Source of the DNA: Macrostomum lignano
Lineage: Eukaryota
DNA length: 64,000 nt
Reading direction: 5' to 3'
NCBI GenBank assembly: GCA_002269645.1
Contig: NIVC01000255.1
Coordinates: 558,001-622,000 of the forward strand
Shown: positions 48,622-61,315 of the stretch, piece by piece
How the letters are laid out: the number at the start of each line of letters is the position of its first letter
Numbering within the stretch: the first letter of the stretch is position 1
Translations under genes and position numbers: made by a program
Notes under the pieces: generated by a model
Told to the model about the DNA's origin: nothing
Databases searched by the model: none
The model's input: the letters and a program-made list of their open reading frames with translations, nothing else

Positions 48622-49762
48622 ATGCCAGGCAAAGAAAATCGCAAACTTCGTGATCGAGAGCCGTCTAGAACTACCTCGCCGGCTGGCGGGCGAAAGCGAA
48701 CGCGGCATGGCCCACCATATCACATGGCCCGCGTAATTCCGACGCCTACTCAGGACCCGACGCGCAGGCGCCGCAGTCGCTGGGATGTGCCGCACCGGCG
48801 GATTCCGAGTATCGAGGTGCGCCGGCTTGCACCGTTGCAGCCCGCGCAGCTCTGCGATCGCTTAGCTGTCGCCAAGGAGCGCGCAGCTGCCATTCGACTC
48901 CGATTAGATCAGCACCAGGCACATCTCAGCTGATGCCTGCCTACCGGCCACGGCTGACCCTCAAGGAACCTCAAGGACCCCCCGCGGAAAAAGACGCCAG
49001 AACCAAAGCTCGCCCGTCCAGCAGCAACCGCAGAAAGCTTAGGCTGACCAGTCGCCTTCCGGTGACCTTTTTAACCTACTGGGACGTCTGAGCAGCTCAT
49101 TACAAGAGGAGCCCGGAGAGGACCTGCTGCCGCCGAAACAAGATTTACTGGCTCCAGGAGCGCAGGCCCCACAAAAAGCGCACCCTCCGGACCTACTAGA
49201 CCCGAGGGAGGACGTGCTGCGTACGCCGCCTCCTCCTACTTCGTCGCCACCGACATTCCACCTGGGAATTTTAACGTCACCACCGCAGCCGGACATCGTC
49301 AATCTGGACGAATTCCCTACGCCGCCGACACCCCCGACGCCGCGATTTCGCCGCCCGTCACCGATACCGTTGCCTCCTCGACTATTCAGCCGTTCGGAAC
49401 TGGCCGAAGCCATAAGCGCCGCCATCCGAGCTAGGCCTCAGCAGGCTTACGCAGTGACCCAAGTGGATAACCTGGGCTCCGTCAGTGCGGAGACCATCAG
49501 CCTGTTGACGGACCTACTCCTAGAGGCCGGCCTTAAGGGGCAGTTATGCCGTAGGTGGCCCAGTCGAATTCGAGAGGATTTTCTCTCGGCCACTCCGGAA
49601 GCAAGGAGGCAGGCCATCGACAAAGTGGCTCGTCGCACAGCTGCCGCTATTCCGCCGCATGGGACTTCGTTGGAGCTGGCCGTGCTCAAGATGTTGTTCT
49701 TTCTAGGTCAAGCCGCCCAAAAATTGAAAAACAGAAACTCTAGGACAGTCTACGCAATTTAA
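48622..49762 (+). pseudogene. Arg/Pro-rich ORF(s) downstream of the Gypsy 2 integrase, unknown function
   Basis: ORFs 48622-48933 and 49214-49762; possibly one frameshifted gene. Confidence 0.35.
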
Positions 49763-50634
49763 TATGCATTTTCTCACTAAATCAAAAATTATGTGCAAGT
49801 CAAACTAATATTAGTGCAATGCAAAATCAATATTTCTACTCTAACAATCAACATACTTGTATGTACAATCAACGTTGCTTCTTCAAAATTAATCATTTTC
49901 TCGGCACGTATAGGTACACCACCTTTTTGCTAAGCGCTACCAAACATATTTAATTTTTGTAGCGAAACAGCCAGTATATTCTTTAAAAAATGTGTGGCCT
50001 TAATATAGCCATTGATTTATATTTTAAAATGAATTGAATCATCGTTTCGCTGCTACAATTTAATTTGGACGGGGAGAGTGTACTGACTGGTTGCTAACTG
50101 GCTATTCAGCAGCATTCAGTATCTTTATCAGTAGCTAAGGGGTCAGAATTATCAATATCGATTACAGTTATATTTGAATTTCGAGTATCATCCAAATCAT
50201 GTTCTCCACCTCTGGTCGAAATGGTGGGGAGGTTGAATTCCTTTCTGCTTTGGTTGGCATTTTCGACGGTATTTTTTCTTTGTTTTACTATTCAATGTTA
50301 TACTGCAACTTCCGAATCTAAAATTACGTTCTCCATAGATACTAATTAGTTTATCCCACGATTTTGTTTGTGTGACGTTGCCAGTTTAAAGTGCTCCCGT
50401 AAAAGGGCCGTTGGACTACAATTTTCCTTACAATTTCTCATTTAAAATTTTCAATTGTGTATTCTCACGTTTACTTGTAGTAGCGCGCAACTAATCTGTA
50501 TCAATTGCTAAATCACTGCGTACTTTGTAAGCTTTGCGTACGCCTGCGTACGCCTTTGCGTACGCTCGCGCGATCAATAATTTCCGTTTCTTGTTTTTCC
50601 CTCGCCAGCCAATGAAAACTCTCCGCATATATTA

Positions 50635-51202
50635 TGTTAACCCTCCTGCGCTTCTTTATTAACCCCGCCTGGCGGCGGGCTAGGGGTTTTTTTCACTTTC
50701 GCTCCTTCGCTCTTCCGCTCTCTCGTTCTCTCGTCCTCGTGCCTCCTTATCTCTCGCCACGGCTCCACTCTGTCTGGTCCAGACTGTCTACGCACTCTTG
50801 CTCCACTGTGTACTGCCACGGGCCGACGCCCAATCTCGCCACTTTGCCTGTTTGCCTACTTGTTACTCACTGCCATCACTGTGCTCACAGCCATCACTTG
50901 CTACTCGGCTTCATCCCAATTATCATCATCTACTTAACTTTTATCTATACAACTAGATTACATCAACCCATTGTTGCAGCCGCCAGTGCCCCATAACGTC
51001 ATAAGCTTCTGTATTAATATTAAACATTGATAATAATAAACCAGTTGGTGTCTTTTGTTATCTACCGCCATTGCCAAGTGCTACCGCTACAAATCCGCCG
51101 CCATTGTTGAATTCACCATCCTTTTGGGACTAATAGCGTCAGTACCTCTCGTCAAAACGGCCCTTTTGAGGGTTGTAGCCCTACTACGCCAACAACGTGA
51201 CA
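50635..51202 (+). mobile_element. Possible solo LTR
   Basis: TGTT...GACA ends, 568 bp, pyrimidine-rich body, AATAAA near 51035; no TSD seen. Confidence 0.35.
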
Positions 51203-53051
51203 GTTTGATTTAAATTTGTCAATTTTAGCGGTGGTGCATCATAGTTTTCAAACAGACCCTGTACGATCAGAAGAGAGACATTTGAATCGTTTTGATTTTT
51301 TCTTTCCATTTTATTCAAAATAAATTTAACAATATGATTTTTCGGTTTCAATGTACTTCTTAAAGGCTATGGGGAGTTTGAAAATGTTTAACTTCAGCAT
51401 GACGAAAAAATCGTCATTCCTAATGTGCTGTCTCGAAATCAATGCCCATTTATCAACATGTACAAGATATACTCTGAATGAATATTGAATACAAATATGG
51501 GGGACATTTACAATGGTGTGTTTTAATATTTCTGCTTTATATTCATCGTAAGCTTTATCAATTTCTGCAATTGGTCGAGAATTTCGAGTATGGTGTAACG
51601 ATGTTGATATTTATTTCTGAAAATATTATAGTGTTATTAATGCCTTTTTAGTATTATATTATTACTCTAGCTACTATTTATTAAACGAATCTTAAATTTA
51701 TTCTATATTTATACATAAAATTTGTTTTACTGTACCATTCATAGAAATACGGGTATTGTATTATTTAAAAGTGGGTTATTTCGCATTTTTGTTCTCTAGT
51801 TTTTTTTTCTTGTCTCGCTGGGCTCGTGTGTGCTGTTGGTTTGTCCGCCGCGTTGTGCCTATTCGCCATACTTAGTACTTACTACCAGTAATTTAACAGC
51901 AACAGTTAACTCCTGTCTTCAAATAAATAATATAATACGGTCAAATACAATCAGTCGAAGTTAAAATTCTAAGCTTTCTTGCTACGTAGACTCATTTATT
52001 GATAAGTGCATAGCCGTCAGCACCGAACAAGAAGGGTCGCGTCACAATGGGTTTTAATTTGAGAAAATGATATAATAGAATCATAGAATTTTTGTGGTAG
52101 AGAATTTCGAACATTTGGGTTATTAGCTTCCATTTTTCTAGGAAAAATTTAGCCGTATAGTTTTTATTTTTTAAGTCACAAACTATTTTTTGAATAGTTT
52201 GAAACTTGCTTGACCTCTTTGTATATATTATGACCCAGAGTGGTTCTTCGGCAGAGTAGGCAAACTTCACTTAATTGCTCCGAAGGGTCTCAGACAGTCT
52301 GATGAGTAACACAGGAATTCGGGGCTCTATTCGCGCCACACACAAACAAGTTTGCATGGCAACAATATGGTCCGCTATAGCAATTACAACTTCACTCGAT
52401 CACCCCCAAGGGTCACAGAACACAGTCTGATGACTAACACAGGAATTCAGGGTTCTCTAGTGCCATCCACCCACGGCAAAGTGAGTCACGCTTTCTATTC
52501 AAACCAAAACGCTAGGGCATTTTTTATTTTCGAAAAATTTTTCTCACGTTTTGGGCTCGCCAAAGGAATGCATGAATTCTTTCCATTGTCATGAAAAATT
52601 ATATGAGCAATATGTGACCAATATGAGCACCTTGCCGCAACTGAGTAGCTATTTTACCCCCCACCCCCTGCCAAAAAACAGAAATACATGCGATGACCTC
52701 CTCTTCTCCTATCCATAGTCAGATAATCGCCACTATTAAGAGTATTAGCAGCAAAGACTCAAATAGTTCCGCCGTTGTAGTTAGTAAGTTGGATGTTGAT
52801 GAACAGAACTAACTACTAAAAATCTACAAGTAATATAAAGCCAGTCCTCGAAGAAAGATCGCACCAGAGAGAAAAGCAACAACAAAGAGGCAAAGTTTCT
52901 AAGAGAATCTCGATCTATTGCTGGCTTGAAGGAAAAGCTTGACAATGTAAAAAACGAGGCAATTGTCGTCAAAACTCAGTAAGTTTTATTACAGAATCTT
53001 ATCACGAAGTCAATAACTTTTCAATGAGAAAACAACATATTTTGTTTCAGT

Positions 53052-53639
53052 TTCAATGATGCGAAGGATCTATGTGGAGAGGAACTTAGTCAGGATGAAG
53101 GCCAACTAATCGATCGATTTACTAAGCTGGAAAATTTCATTGCCGATCTAGAAATTTTAGCCTGTCTAGGTAGAAAGAAGCAAGCGGAAGTTGTTGCCAA
53201 GCTACGCGAATCCCTTGGCTTGATCATCAAAGGCGTTGCTGCTAAACTGCAAATCGACGAAAAGTTCGCAGAAAGACTCTATACTTTTCAAAATCTAATT
53301 GTCAAATATCCAGTTCTGGTGGTTTCAGGTTACAACTTTGAAACACTGCTAACCTACAAGGCTCTTATTCAGAAAACGGCGACAGAAGACGAGAACTTGC
53401 GTGACGAGCGTGTAGCCTTTAAGTTTCACTCAACATACGATTCGAGGGAGAAAACGAGCGTTCGATTCGCGCTTAAACGACTGCTACATCGCGTAAGACA
53501 ACTCGGACCGCTTCGACTTCGACGACTCCGCCGCGAAACACTCGACGAAACCTTGCTGGTTAAATTGCTGCTACACACAGATTTAAGGAGATTTAAGGAG
53601 AGCGCAAATATAACTGTAAAGAGGAAGAATTCCTTATGA
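53052..53639 (+). pseudogene. Unidentified coding remnant after a TTTCAG acceptor
   Basis: Open frame FNDAKDLCGEEL..IVKYPVLVVSG..; no family recognised. Confidence 0.25.
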
Positions 53640-53985
53640 TAAAAAATGTCCAGAAAAATTTCTGGAGATCCAGAAAAAATGACTCAACATGAAAAAATGA
53701 TTTTACTGCTTTCGCTGCTACTCAAAGTAGTATACAAAACATATTTATTAAGAAATACACATTTATGATTAACAAAGCTCAAACTGAGCCAAGTTATTAT
53801 CTTTAGATTGAAAAAATTACTTTTGTCTTCATTTTTCTCTTTTAATTAGCTCCTTGGCACAATAATTTTTACCAAAATATCATAGTAAAAAATGGCTTTT
53901 AGAAAAAACTTTATTTTGGCAATTAAATAGATATTCAAAGTGCAATCTCGAGACTTCCCCCTATTTTCAAGTGTAGAAGATGAGT

Positions 53986-54084
53986 AGTAGTAGTGTGTTA
54001 TACGGGGCTATGCCACACTTATTGCTCGAGCGCATTGCGCGCCAGCTCGCTGGATGACTCAGCCCCGTATAACACACTACTACT
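53986..54084. repeat. Hairpin with a 24-bp perfect stem and a GC-rich GAGCGC loop
   Basis: AGTAGTAGTGTGTTATACGGGGCT (53986-54009) and its reverse complement (54061-54084). Confidence 0.85.
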
Positions 54085-54548
54085 CACTCTAGAGAGAAAA
54101 AATCTGTCACTGCCACAGGGCAGTGGCAAGGCAGTGGCAGGGCAGTGGCAACCAATTAGCGGCTGGCATAAGACATTTTAGACAGCATTTAAGGGCATAC
54201 CCAAAATAAAGTATCCACAACAAGTGTCCTCTGCTTAAATTATCAGCTTTCATTCCGAACGAACAGAATGCCCGGAAATCCAACTAGGCGTGCTAGAATA
54301 CTTGTGAGCACACAAGAGAGAAACAATTTGAGAGGTTTGATTCACACAATACCCCAATACTAGCTTCATCACGTCTACAAATGAGAATCAATTCCTTGAG
54401 CATTATCGCGTACACTTCGAAAAAATTGAGAACGACATAGCGATGCTTAGGCTAATTAAAAAAAGCATTGCGAAGAAGTGTTCTATCTTCAACATACCTT
54501 CAACAGGCAATAGGCATCAATAGGCACCTTCAACATACGAGGATGCTC

Positions 54549-54640
54549 AACACCAAGCTGCTCAAGACCAAGCTGCTCAACACCAAGCTGCTCAACACCA
54601 AGCTGCTCAACACCAAGCTGCTCAATACCAAGCTGCTCAA
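54549..54640. repeat. 15-bp repeat x6 (CACCAAGCTGCTCAA), possibly HQAAQ repeats of a dead ORF
   Basis: Direct reading. Confidence 0.9.
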
Positions 54641-55148
54641 AATGAGTGACTAAGGACTATCACTGTGACTGTGACTAAGGAGGACTGTAAGGACTGTGAC
54701 TAAGGATTGTCATTGTGACTGTGACTAAGGATTGTTATGCATCGTCTTATAAGTTTCTTTTAAACTATACCAAGATCTTTCATCAGCGATCTGTTTTGTG
54801 TAACATGTCGCTTTGGACTTGTCTTAAAATTCAGTCTATTAAGTATTCAATGGAATGTATACAAACACTTTACAAGTAAAAATAAAGAAATAAAAAAATC
54901 TCAATAAAATGGCCTTCAATAAACCACTATTTCTTGGTTCTGCATTAGAGATTCAGTCAGCTATGACAAAACTGCCACCCATCTACTCTACTGGAAAATA
55001 TCCTGGAGAATTTCATATTCCAGGGTATTCTTTTGCAGGTTACCTTGTGGCCTGAGTGAGGAAAGTCAATGTCCTTGCTAGTCATCGAGCAGAGCTCGCG
55101 TCCCTTCGGGGCGATCGATAAGCACTTGTTAAATTTTTTAAAGTAAAA

Positions 55149-55572
55149 ATGGAGCAAAAAATTCGAGAAATTCTCTTAAAACCAATTGACGACAAGGTGG
55201 GGTATGACCAAATTCTTTGCGATTTATTTCAAAAAGAGCTAATAATTTCACACAAGATTAAAGTTATTCAAATGAGACTAGGTAGATTATATGAAGTTTT
55301 AGCAGAAAAATATTTTGGATTCGAAAAGGTAAAAAATATTGACCCGGTTCACGTTGAGCGAAAGATTGCATTAGAGCTTAAATCTTCTGATAACACAGAC
55401 AATTCCTCAAGTCGTGAAAGTAACTATCGGAAACTATTAGACTATAAAGTCTTATCCCACCTACCAGTTGTTTTATGTATGCATCAATAAAACTGCAAAC
55501 GAACCTAAGAATATTTTACTAGACAATGGAATCACCCTTGTAACAGGCGAATTTGCATTGAAATTTCTTTAA
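55149..55572 (+). pseudogene. PD-(D/E)xK restriction-endonuclease-like protein, intronless, one frameshift near 55455
   Basis: QMRLGRLYEVL..ID..HVERKIALELKSSDNTDNSSSRESNYRKL (D..ExK..NT.NSSS); continues in the shifted frame as PTYQLFYVCIN..DNGITLVTGEFALKFL*. Confidence 0.65.
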
Positions 55573-55691
55573 TTTCTTTAATTTCTAGAAACTTCCTAGA
55601 CGCAGGCATTAAAAAGTGAAAGCTGTTTCAAGTTGGATTTTAGAGTGGATATTTTGTTATTACACTGAGTGTCGCATCTACAATCTTCCCA

Positions 55692-56073
55692 ATGGCAAAC
55701 CGACTGCAAAAAATAGTTGCTACATTTAACAAACAAGGCAATGAGGTAAAAAAATGCGGAGACACTCCAAAAACTTACAGCAGTTGTTAGGCAACTGTCA
55801 GAGAATGCTCACCACTCACAAGAAGATCTACGAAACCAAATGGCCATCTAGGCATACAATACCCAAACATTTAACTCAATTGGCGAAATTGCCCACCAAC
55901 TAACCAACTCGGCGAGCGCTCAACTGGTAGCCCTGAAGCTCGTGCTGCTAATTATCTGCCTGATCCTGGTTTGCACCCTGCTGCACTGGTGCTACAAGCG
56001 CATCCACTCACACGAGTCACACCGCCCAAATGTCCTCCGCAGTACAGATTATTCCCAAGCCACACAGACGTAA
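55692..56073 (+). pseudogene. Degraded ORF: amphipathic helix, transmembrane segment and short tail
   Basis: Manual translation ..TFNSIGEIAHQLTNSASAQLVALKLVLLIICLILVCTLLHWCYKRIH..; one frameshift and one stop. Confidence 0.4.
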
Positions 56074-56452
56074 GTAAAGTCTAATCATTATCCGAAACAT
56101 GTCTCCAATTACCGAAACTTCGTGCTCTTATTTGCAGAGTCAACACCGAAACATCACCACTCGGGTTTGGCCTAAGCCGCCATGTTGCACCAACATGGGC
56201 GTCAACATTGCGCTCTTCATCCCTGCCAGCCTTTCTGCTGACATCAACGGCCGTGCTAATCGACTGATTCCGACTATAGATCACGGAACCACAATAGCAA
56301 GCACACACAATCGCACCTATATTTTTTCGCATAATTTTTTCTCTTACTTTGTATGTCCACGGTTTTAATAATTAAACACGTCTGAATGTTTCTAATTAAA
56401 ATATAACACCTGAAGTAAGTAATAACATGGTGCTAGTGGGACAATGGAGCCG

Positions 56453-56507
56453 GTAAGTGGCATAGGAAAAATGCGAGCGAAGCGAGTATTTTTTCTATGG
56501 TACTTAC
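56453..56507. repeat. Stem-loop with a GCGAGCGAAGCGAG loop; possible terminus of a rolling-circle element
   Basis: GTAAGT/ACTTAC, CATAG/CTATG and AAAAAT/ATTTTT paired segments. Confidence 0.55.
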
Positions 56508-57301
56508 ACTTGCGAAATCGTCCCTGATAAGATGTACAACAGATGTGACACACTAAAAATTACGTTTTTCGTTTTTTAAACGCTGCCAATAAAAAAACGG
56601 TACGACCGATTTACCAACGGTTTTTGTCAAAATGCGTCAAAGACCTAGGGCTATCGGATGCGCGGTGTTTGGTTGCAATGGCCACGCGTTTTGGTTGCCA
56701 TGGCAACCAAAAACTTCGTTTTTTCGACTCAAAAGAACACCAAAAGCAGGTGTTTTGACCTCCACATCTCCAAGCAATATGTGCATATGTACTGCTTATG
56801 TCTATACATATGCCTACAATTATGTCTAATGTGATAATTTGGTTCCAAATTGAATAGGCAATCAGTGGTAGGCATCATGAAATTTCTGCTGTAGGCTACT
56901 TCCACTTGATAGTTGTTTGTTGTCATAAATAACAAATAGTTTGCTTTCCATTAAATTTGAACTGAAAAGACAATGTCTACATTTTTATAGCTTTAATAAT
57001 TTATAATATATATTTTCTAAATAGACAAGCTATGAAACTTTGTCTGTGACTATATGCACTAGGAGTATGTAAGTAGCTGTAAGAGCTATTGTAATTAACA
57101 TATTAAATTATATTACTGTTAGAATTAAATATTTTTGTTGCAAAATTTTTGGAATTTTGAAATTTTCAGGGATTTTTATGCAATGAAAAATGCAAATTAG
57201 ATTCAAAATTTAGGTTTTTTTTACATTCAAGAGGAAAATGTAGTTCATAAAAATGAATTAGTAATTTTTTACTTTAACACTTTCAACAATTATTAAGGAG
57301 T

Positions 57302-58690
57302 ATGGCGCCGAAAAGACCTGGAAGGAAGGCTAAGCACGTTACCTTCGGGCGTCCATTCGAGTCTAAAAAGAAGCCTGCCATTGCTGCTTCCGATGCCGAA
57401 ACAAACACTCCTACTGTCACTACTGTTACGTCGGAAGTAAAGAATTTCGTAGTTGCTGCTGCTGCTTCTGGTGGTTGTGATAATGTTGTTAAAGAAGATG
57501 CGACTGTAGACTATGAATTGCGCAATGCTGCTGCTGCCCTGCAGGAGTGTGGATTGTGTGACGAAACTTGTGGTGTGTTACTCCTTGCCATTGCCAATTT
57601 TCACAGAGAAATAGGTTTTTATGGAACTTGAATAGGTAGATTCAGATTTCATAAAACATGGATGATAAAGTTTAGAATGCTATTGCAAACTATATGCTTG
57701 AGACATAAGCTAATAACTTCGTATAATCGCCCTAATGTGCTTCAGACTGCCCAATTCCTGTTTTTGTGTCTACTACAGATGAATTAACAAGACAACAAGC
57801 TGAATTGGACGAAGCTGCTGCTGCACTCGGAGAAGCAGGTTTTTGCCACACTGACGGTAAGCCCTGCCTTAGTTTATTGTCTATTATTGGTGGCATAGTT
57901 TTTTAAATCAAGATTTTGAAATTTAAAGAATGCTGATATAGAATCTACAAGTGATACTATAGTGATACTATTTTGTCAATGTAGCATTGTTGTCCTTTAT
58001 TTGGTTTGACTGGCGTTTTAAGGAATATTTTTTCATCAACATTTACGGCGTCATTTTTGAACCAATCTCGTTAGAGGACTTTTTGCTGATTGTGTGGGTT
58101 TTTTGGGAAAATTACAAAAAGTGCACGTCTTTTAACTTCAAAGGTGTCGCGACTCTGGAAGATGACGCAGAGGACAGAGGGAGTCTGGCGACGCTACAAG
58201 TTGGCCGTGCCCCACAATGGGTGCCTTTGTCGGTCTGCTGGTTGAAGCGCATCCCATGTGATGGAAACTGCTTCTTTTCGGCTAGGATCAATTGCAAGGC
58301 ACAGCTTTGGAAATGAACGCAGATAATCTTCGACAAACGCTGGCAGTTGAGCTGGAGAATTGGATCGACAGCGCAGAGAACGACACTGGCATTTCCGAAG
58401 CAGAGTGGTGCGATTTGCTGAAAAGACCAAACGAAAAGGCGAATATATTTCTGACCACGTAACTTCAGCAGCAGCTAGACTGCTTGGCATTGAGATCTGT
58501 GTACCAGGACATGGGCACTGGTTTGAATCTCGAAGGAATTTACTTAGGCCCAGTTGGTGTGGAACCGCGAGCGACAGCTCGATTACATTTCAATCGGCAA
58601 GCTTAGCATTACCAGTCGGTAAATGTGCGCCAATCGTCTCCTCTAGCCGCTGTGGATAATGGTGCAGCCAAGATGATGCCGCCGCCGCCT
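57302..58690 (+). pseudogene. Spliced OTU-domain gene, probably the head of a second Helitron, truncated at Gypsy 3
   Basis: IPCDGNCFFSA..DQLQGTALEMNADNLR parallels IPGDGNCFFHAVCDQFQGTPLETNAASLR of Helitron 1; RLHF..HYQSV His motif; GT-AG introns; frameshifts. Confidence 0.72.
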
Positions 58691-58701
58691 GCCTACTGCC
58701 T

Positions 58702-59676
58702 ACAATGCCACTCATGTGCTTCAACAAAGACTGGAAGACAAAAAACAGAACTTCAATCCGTACCAAAGACAACCACATGAGACATTGTATCACTTGATAT
58801 TACTGGACCACTACCGCCAGCTCGACAACATGCTATCGATTACACTTACATTCTTACCGCATTAGACGTGTTCTCTAAATTTGCTGTTGCCATTCCACTG
58901 CCTGACATTACAGCCACTACAGTTGCAATGGCCTTCTACAATGAAATTATCTGCAAATACGGAACTCCAAAGACACTAACCTCCGACAATGGTACACAAT
59001 TTACGTCGCAACTATTCCAACAGGCTGCTAAACTAAATATCCAACAAATTTTCCCCTCCACCTACAATCCAAAAGCTAACCTAGTAGAACGATTCCATAG
59101 AAATCTACTCGAAATGTTGACACATTTCGTCTATAAGCAACCTGAAGATTGGATCATATACCTGCAGTCAGTGACAATGGCCTACAACAGTGCCGTACAC
59201 CGTTCAACAGAGAACACACCGTTTTTCCTTATGTTCTCTCGAGACTTTCAGCCACCAAGCCTACTAGTTCAAAAACTATTACCTTCTCAGTACGTGGAAA
59301 CGCCAACAACACTACAAAAGTTTACTTCGCAGCCACACCTGGCATGGCTCTACAAGTAGGAGACATCGTTTACCTACATTACCCTGCGCAACATACGCAT
59401 AAACACGCACTTAAATACAAAGGACCATTCCGAGTAACGGCATTGGTATCGGCAACAACGGCACGCCTCGCTAATATCCAGGATCCACATCAAACTCAGT
59501 TCTATGTTCACATTCAACGTCTAAAACGTATCACTAACGACACTACATTCCTCCCAGACCTACAAAATCCAGACCACACAAAAACAACAAATAAACACAT
59601 TGCCACTGCACACGCCGAAACACAAACAACAAACGCACCACCTGCCGGTCATACGTACAACCTAAGATCTCGTTAA
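58702..59676 (+). pseudogene. pol: Gypsy element 3: integrase (C..C, DDE core, C-terminus)
   Basis: QCHSC, SLDITGPLP, LDVFSKF, SDNGTQF, VERFHR, YKGPFRV, VHIQRLK, YNLRSR. Confidence 0.92.
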
Positions 59677-59807
59677 ATTATTCGCTTCATGTCCCCGTGT
59701 AGTGACCGGGATAAAGAATAGCACTACAGCTTCCTCAAGCTTGTCGTAAGAGGCGACTTAATCCTTGTTTTCCTACAAACACTCACACAACTTCGACAAA
59801 CACGACA

Positions 59808-60425
59808 ATGGATTGTCCTATCTGTCTCGGAGAATTTTAATGTAAACTACCTTGTATATGTGTCAATAGACACCAGGTGTGTGGTTCTTGCTTAAGCCTT
59901 GCACATTACAAAAAACCTTTAAAAAATTGCCCTATGTGTCGAGGTAATCTCCGTCAATGCATGATATGCAACTCCTGGCGCACTGAACAATATTGCTTAA
60001 ATCAACATTTTATGTGCACACAATGTATTAAGAAGCTTGCTTATCGCTCCATTTGTCAGTGTCCTATATGCGATGCCACCCCTTTACCTAAAGTTAACAA
60101 CACACTTGCATGCATTCAAGCAGACTATAACCTACAGCTTCACCCATTCACTTATGCTCTTTTTCCATCACATGCTATAATTATCCGCCTCAGATCATGG
60201 CCCATACCACGTGTTGCTCATAAAACACGTAAATACCTCGTTCGCTATTCCTCTTCCTACGGTTCTAGACTCCGGCAATTATCTCCACAAGAAATTGAAC
60301 ATAAGCTGTTTAAAATTGTTAACGATATGAATTTTCACCCATGCCTCATCCTCTGTACAACTCTACCTGCACTCATTCTGCATAATGAGGACTTGTCTTA
60401 TATATTACCACCCCAAGAATCATGA
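59808..60425 (+). pseudogene. Double RING-finger ORF 1 (one premature TAA at 59838)
   Basis: MDCPIC..C..CVNRHQVCGSC..CPMC, then CMIC..CLNQHFMCTQC..CPIC. Confidence 0.8.
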
Positions 60426-60529
60426 CTATAATAGTTCCGCTTTAGAAATTGATTAAAATACCATGCACCCACAGATATTGCAACCATTCTTGCACAGATA
60501 TTACTTATCACATTGACCATTTTTCAGAC

Positions 60530-61126
60530 ATGGATAGCGACGAGTGCATTGTTTGTTATGAAGACGCTGAACAGTATGTCTACTGTCAGCATGGGCATAA
60601 GTTCTGCTATAACTGCTGCACAACGGATAGAATAGACAAATGCCCGCTATGCCGCGCACCACCTACCCTGTGCCAGGTATGCAATACAACACCGCAACAA
60701 CGGATGTGCGCCAACGGGCACTGGGTCTGCCGAGATTGTGCCCTAAAAATTCGGTGCCGCGACTATAAGCATTGCATAACTTGTGCAGCGCCAATATCTA
60801 AGGAAATTTACGCCGGAACAACAGTACCAAAGATCCAACTTACAAAGGAGATCATGGACAGTATGACGGCCAAGGAACTAGCAACAGCTATAACAACCTG
60901 GCCAATACCATTCAACAAAAGAGACCATTTGGAATATCTTTTTGACTTGGTACGTCAATATGCGGCGCATCCAATAAATACTACGAGTACAACTGAAGAG
61001 ATCTACCTGGAATTCCTCAACGCCACCAAATCAACACAATTTACGCCGATACAGCACTTACTGTGGCCACTCGCGAGATTGACAACCAAAGTAAACGATA
61101 TACTGAATAATATGCTTTCCTATTAA
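60530..61126 (+). CDS. Double RING-finger ORF 2 (intact)
   Basis: CIVC..CQHGHKFCYNC..CPLC (C3HC4), then CQVC..CANGHWVCRDC..CITC; TTTTCAG acceptor just upstream of the ATG. Confidence 0.82.
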   Translation: MDSDECIVCYEDAEQYVYCQHGHKFCYNCCTTDRIDKCPLCRAPPTLCQVCNTTPQQRMCANGHWVCRDCALKIRCRDYKHCITCAAPISKEIYAGTTVPKIQLTKEIMDSMTAKELATAITTWPIPFNKRDHLEYLFDLVRQYAAHPINTTSTTEEIYLEFLNATKSTQFTPIQHLLWPLARLTTKVNDILNNMLSY

Positions 61127-61315
61127 CAATAACAATGCATCCTGCCAAGCAACACAATAACAATATGCTTCCTCTTTCGTCACAAAAACTACTAATACCT
61201 ACCTATCTACCTATCCATCTACTATACTACTACTTGTTCAACATTTCTAATCCTTAAATACATTTTTATGTTTATTAGAAGTATAAAACCCCACTTCACC
61301 GCTTTAACTTTAAAA

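Noticed and set aside
52263-52460. CTGATGA motifs (52299, 52427) in a ~125-bp duplication as hammerheads or C/D snoRNAs
   Set aside because: No GAAA after a stem II and no properly placed D box or terminal stem.
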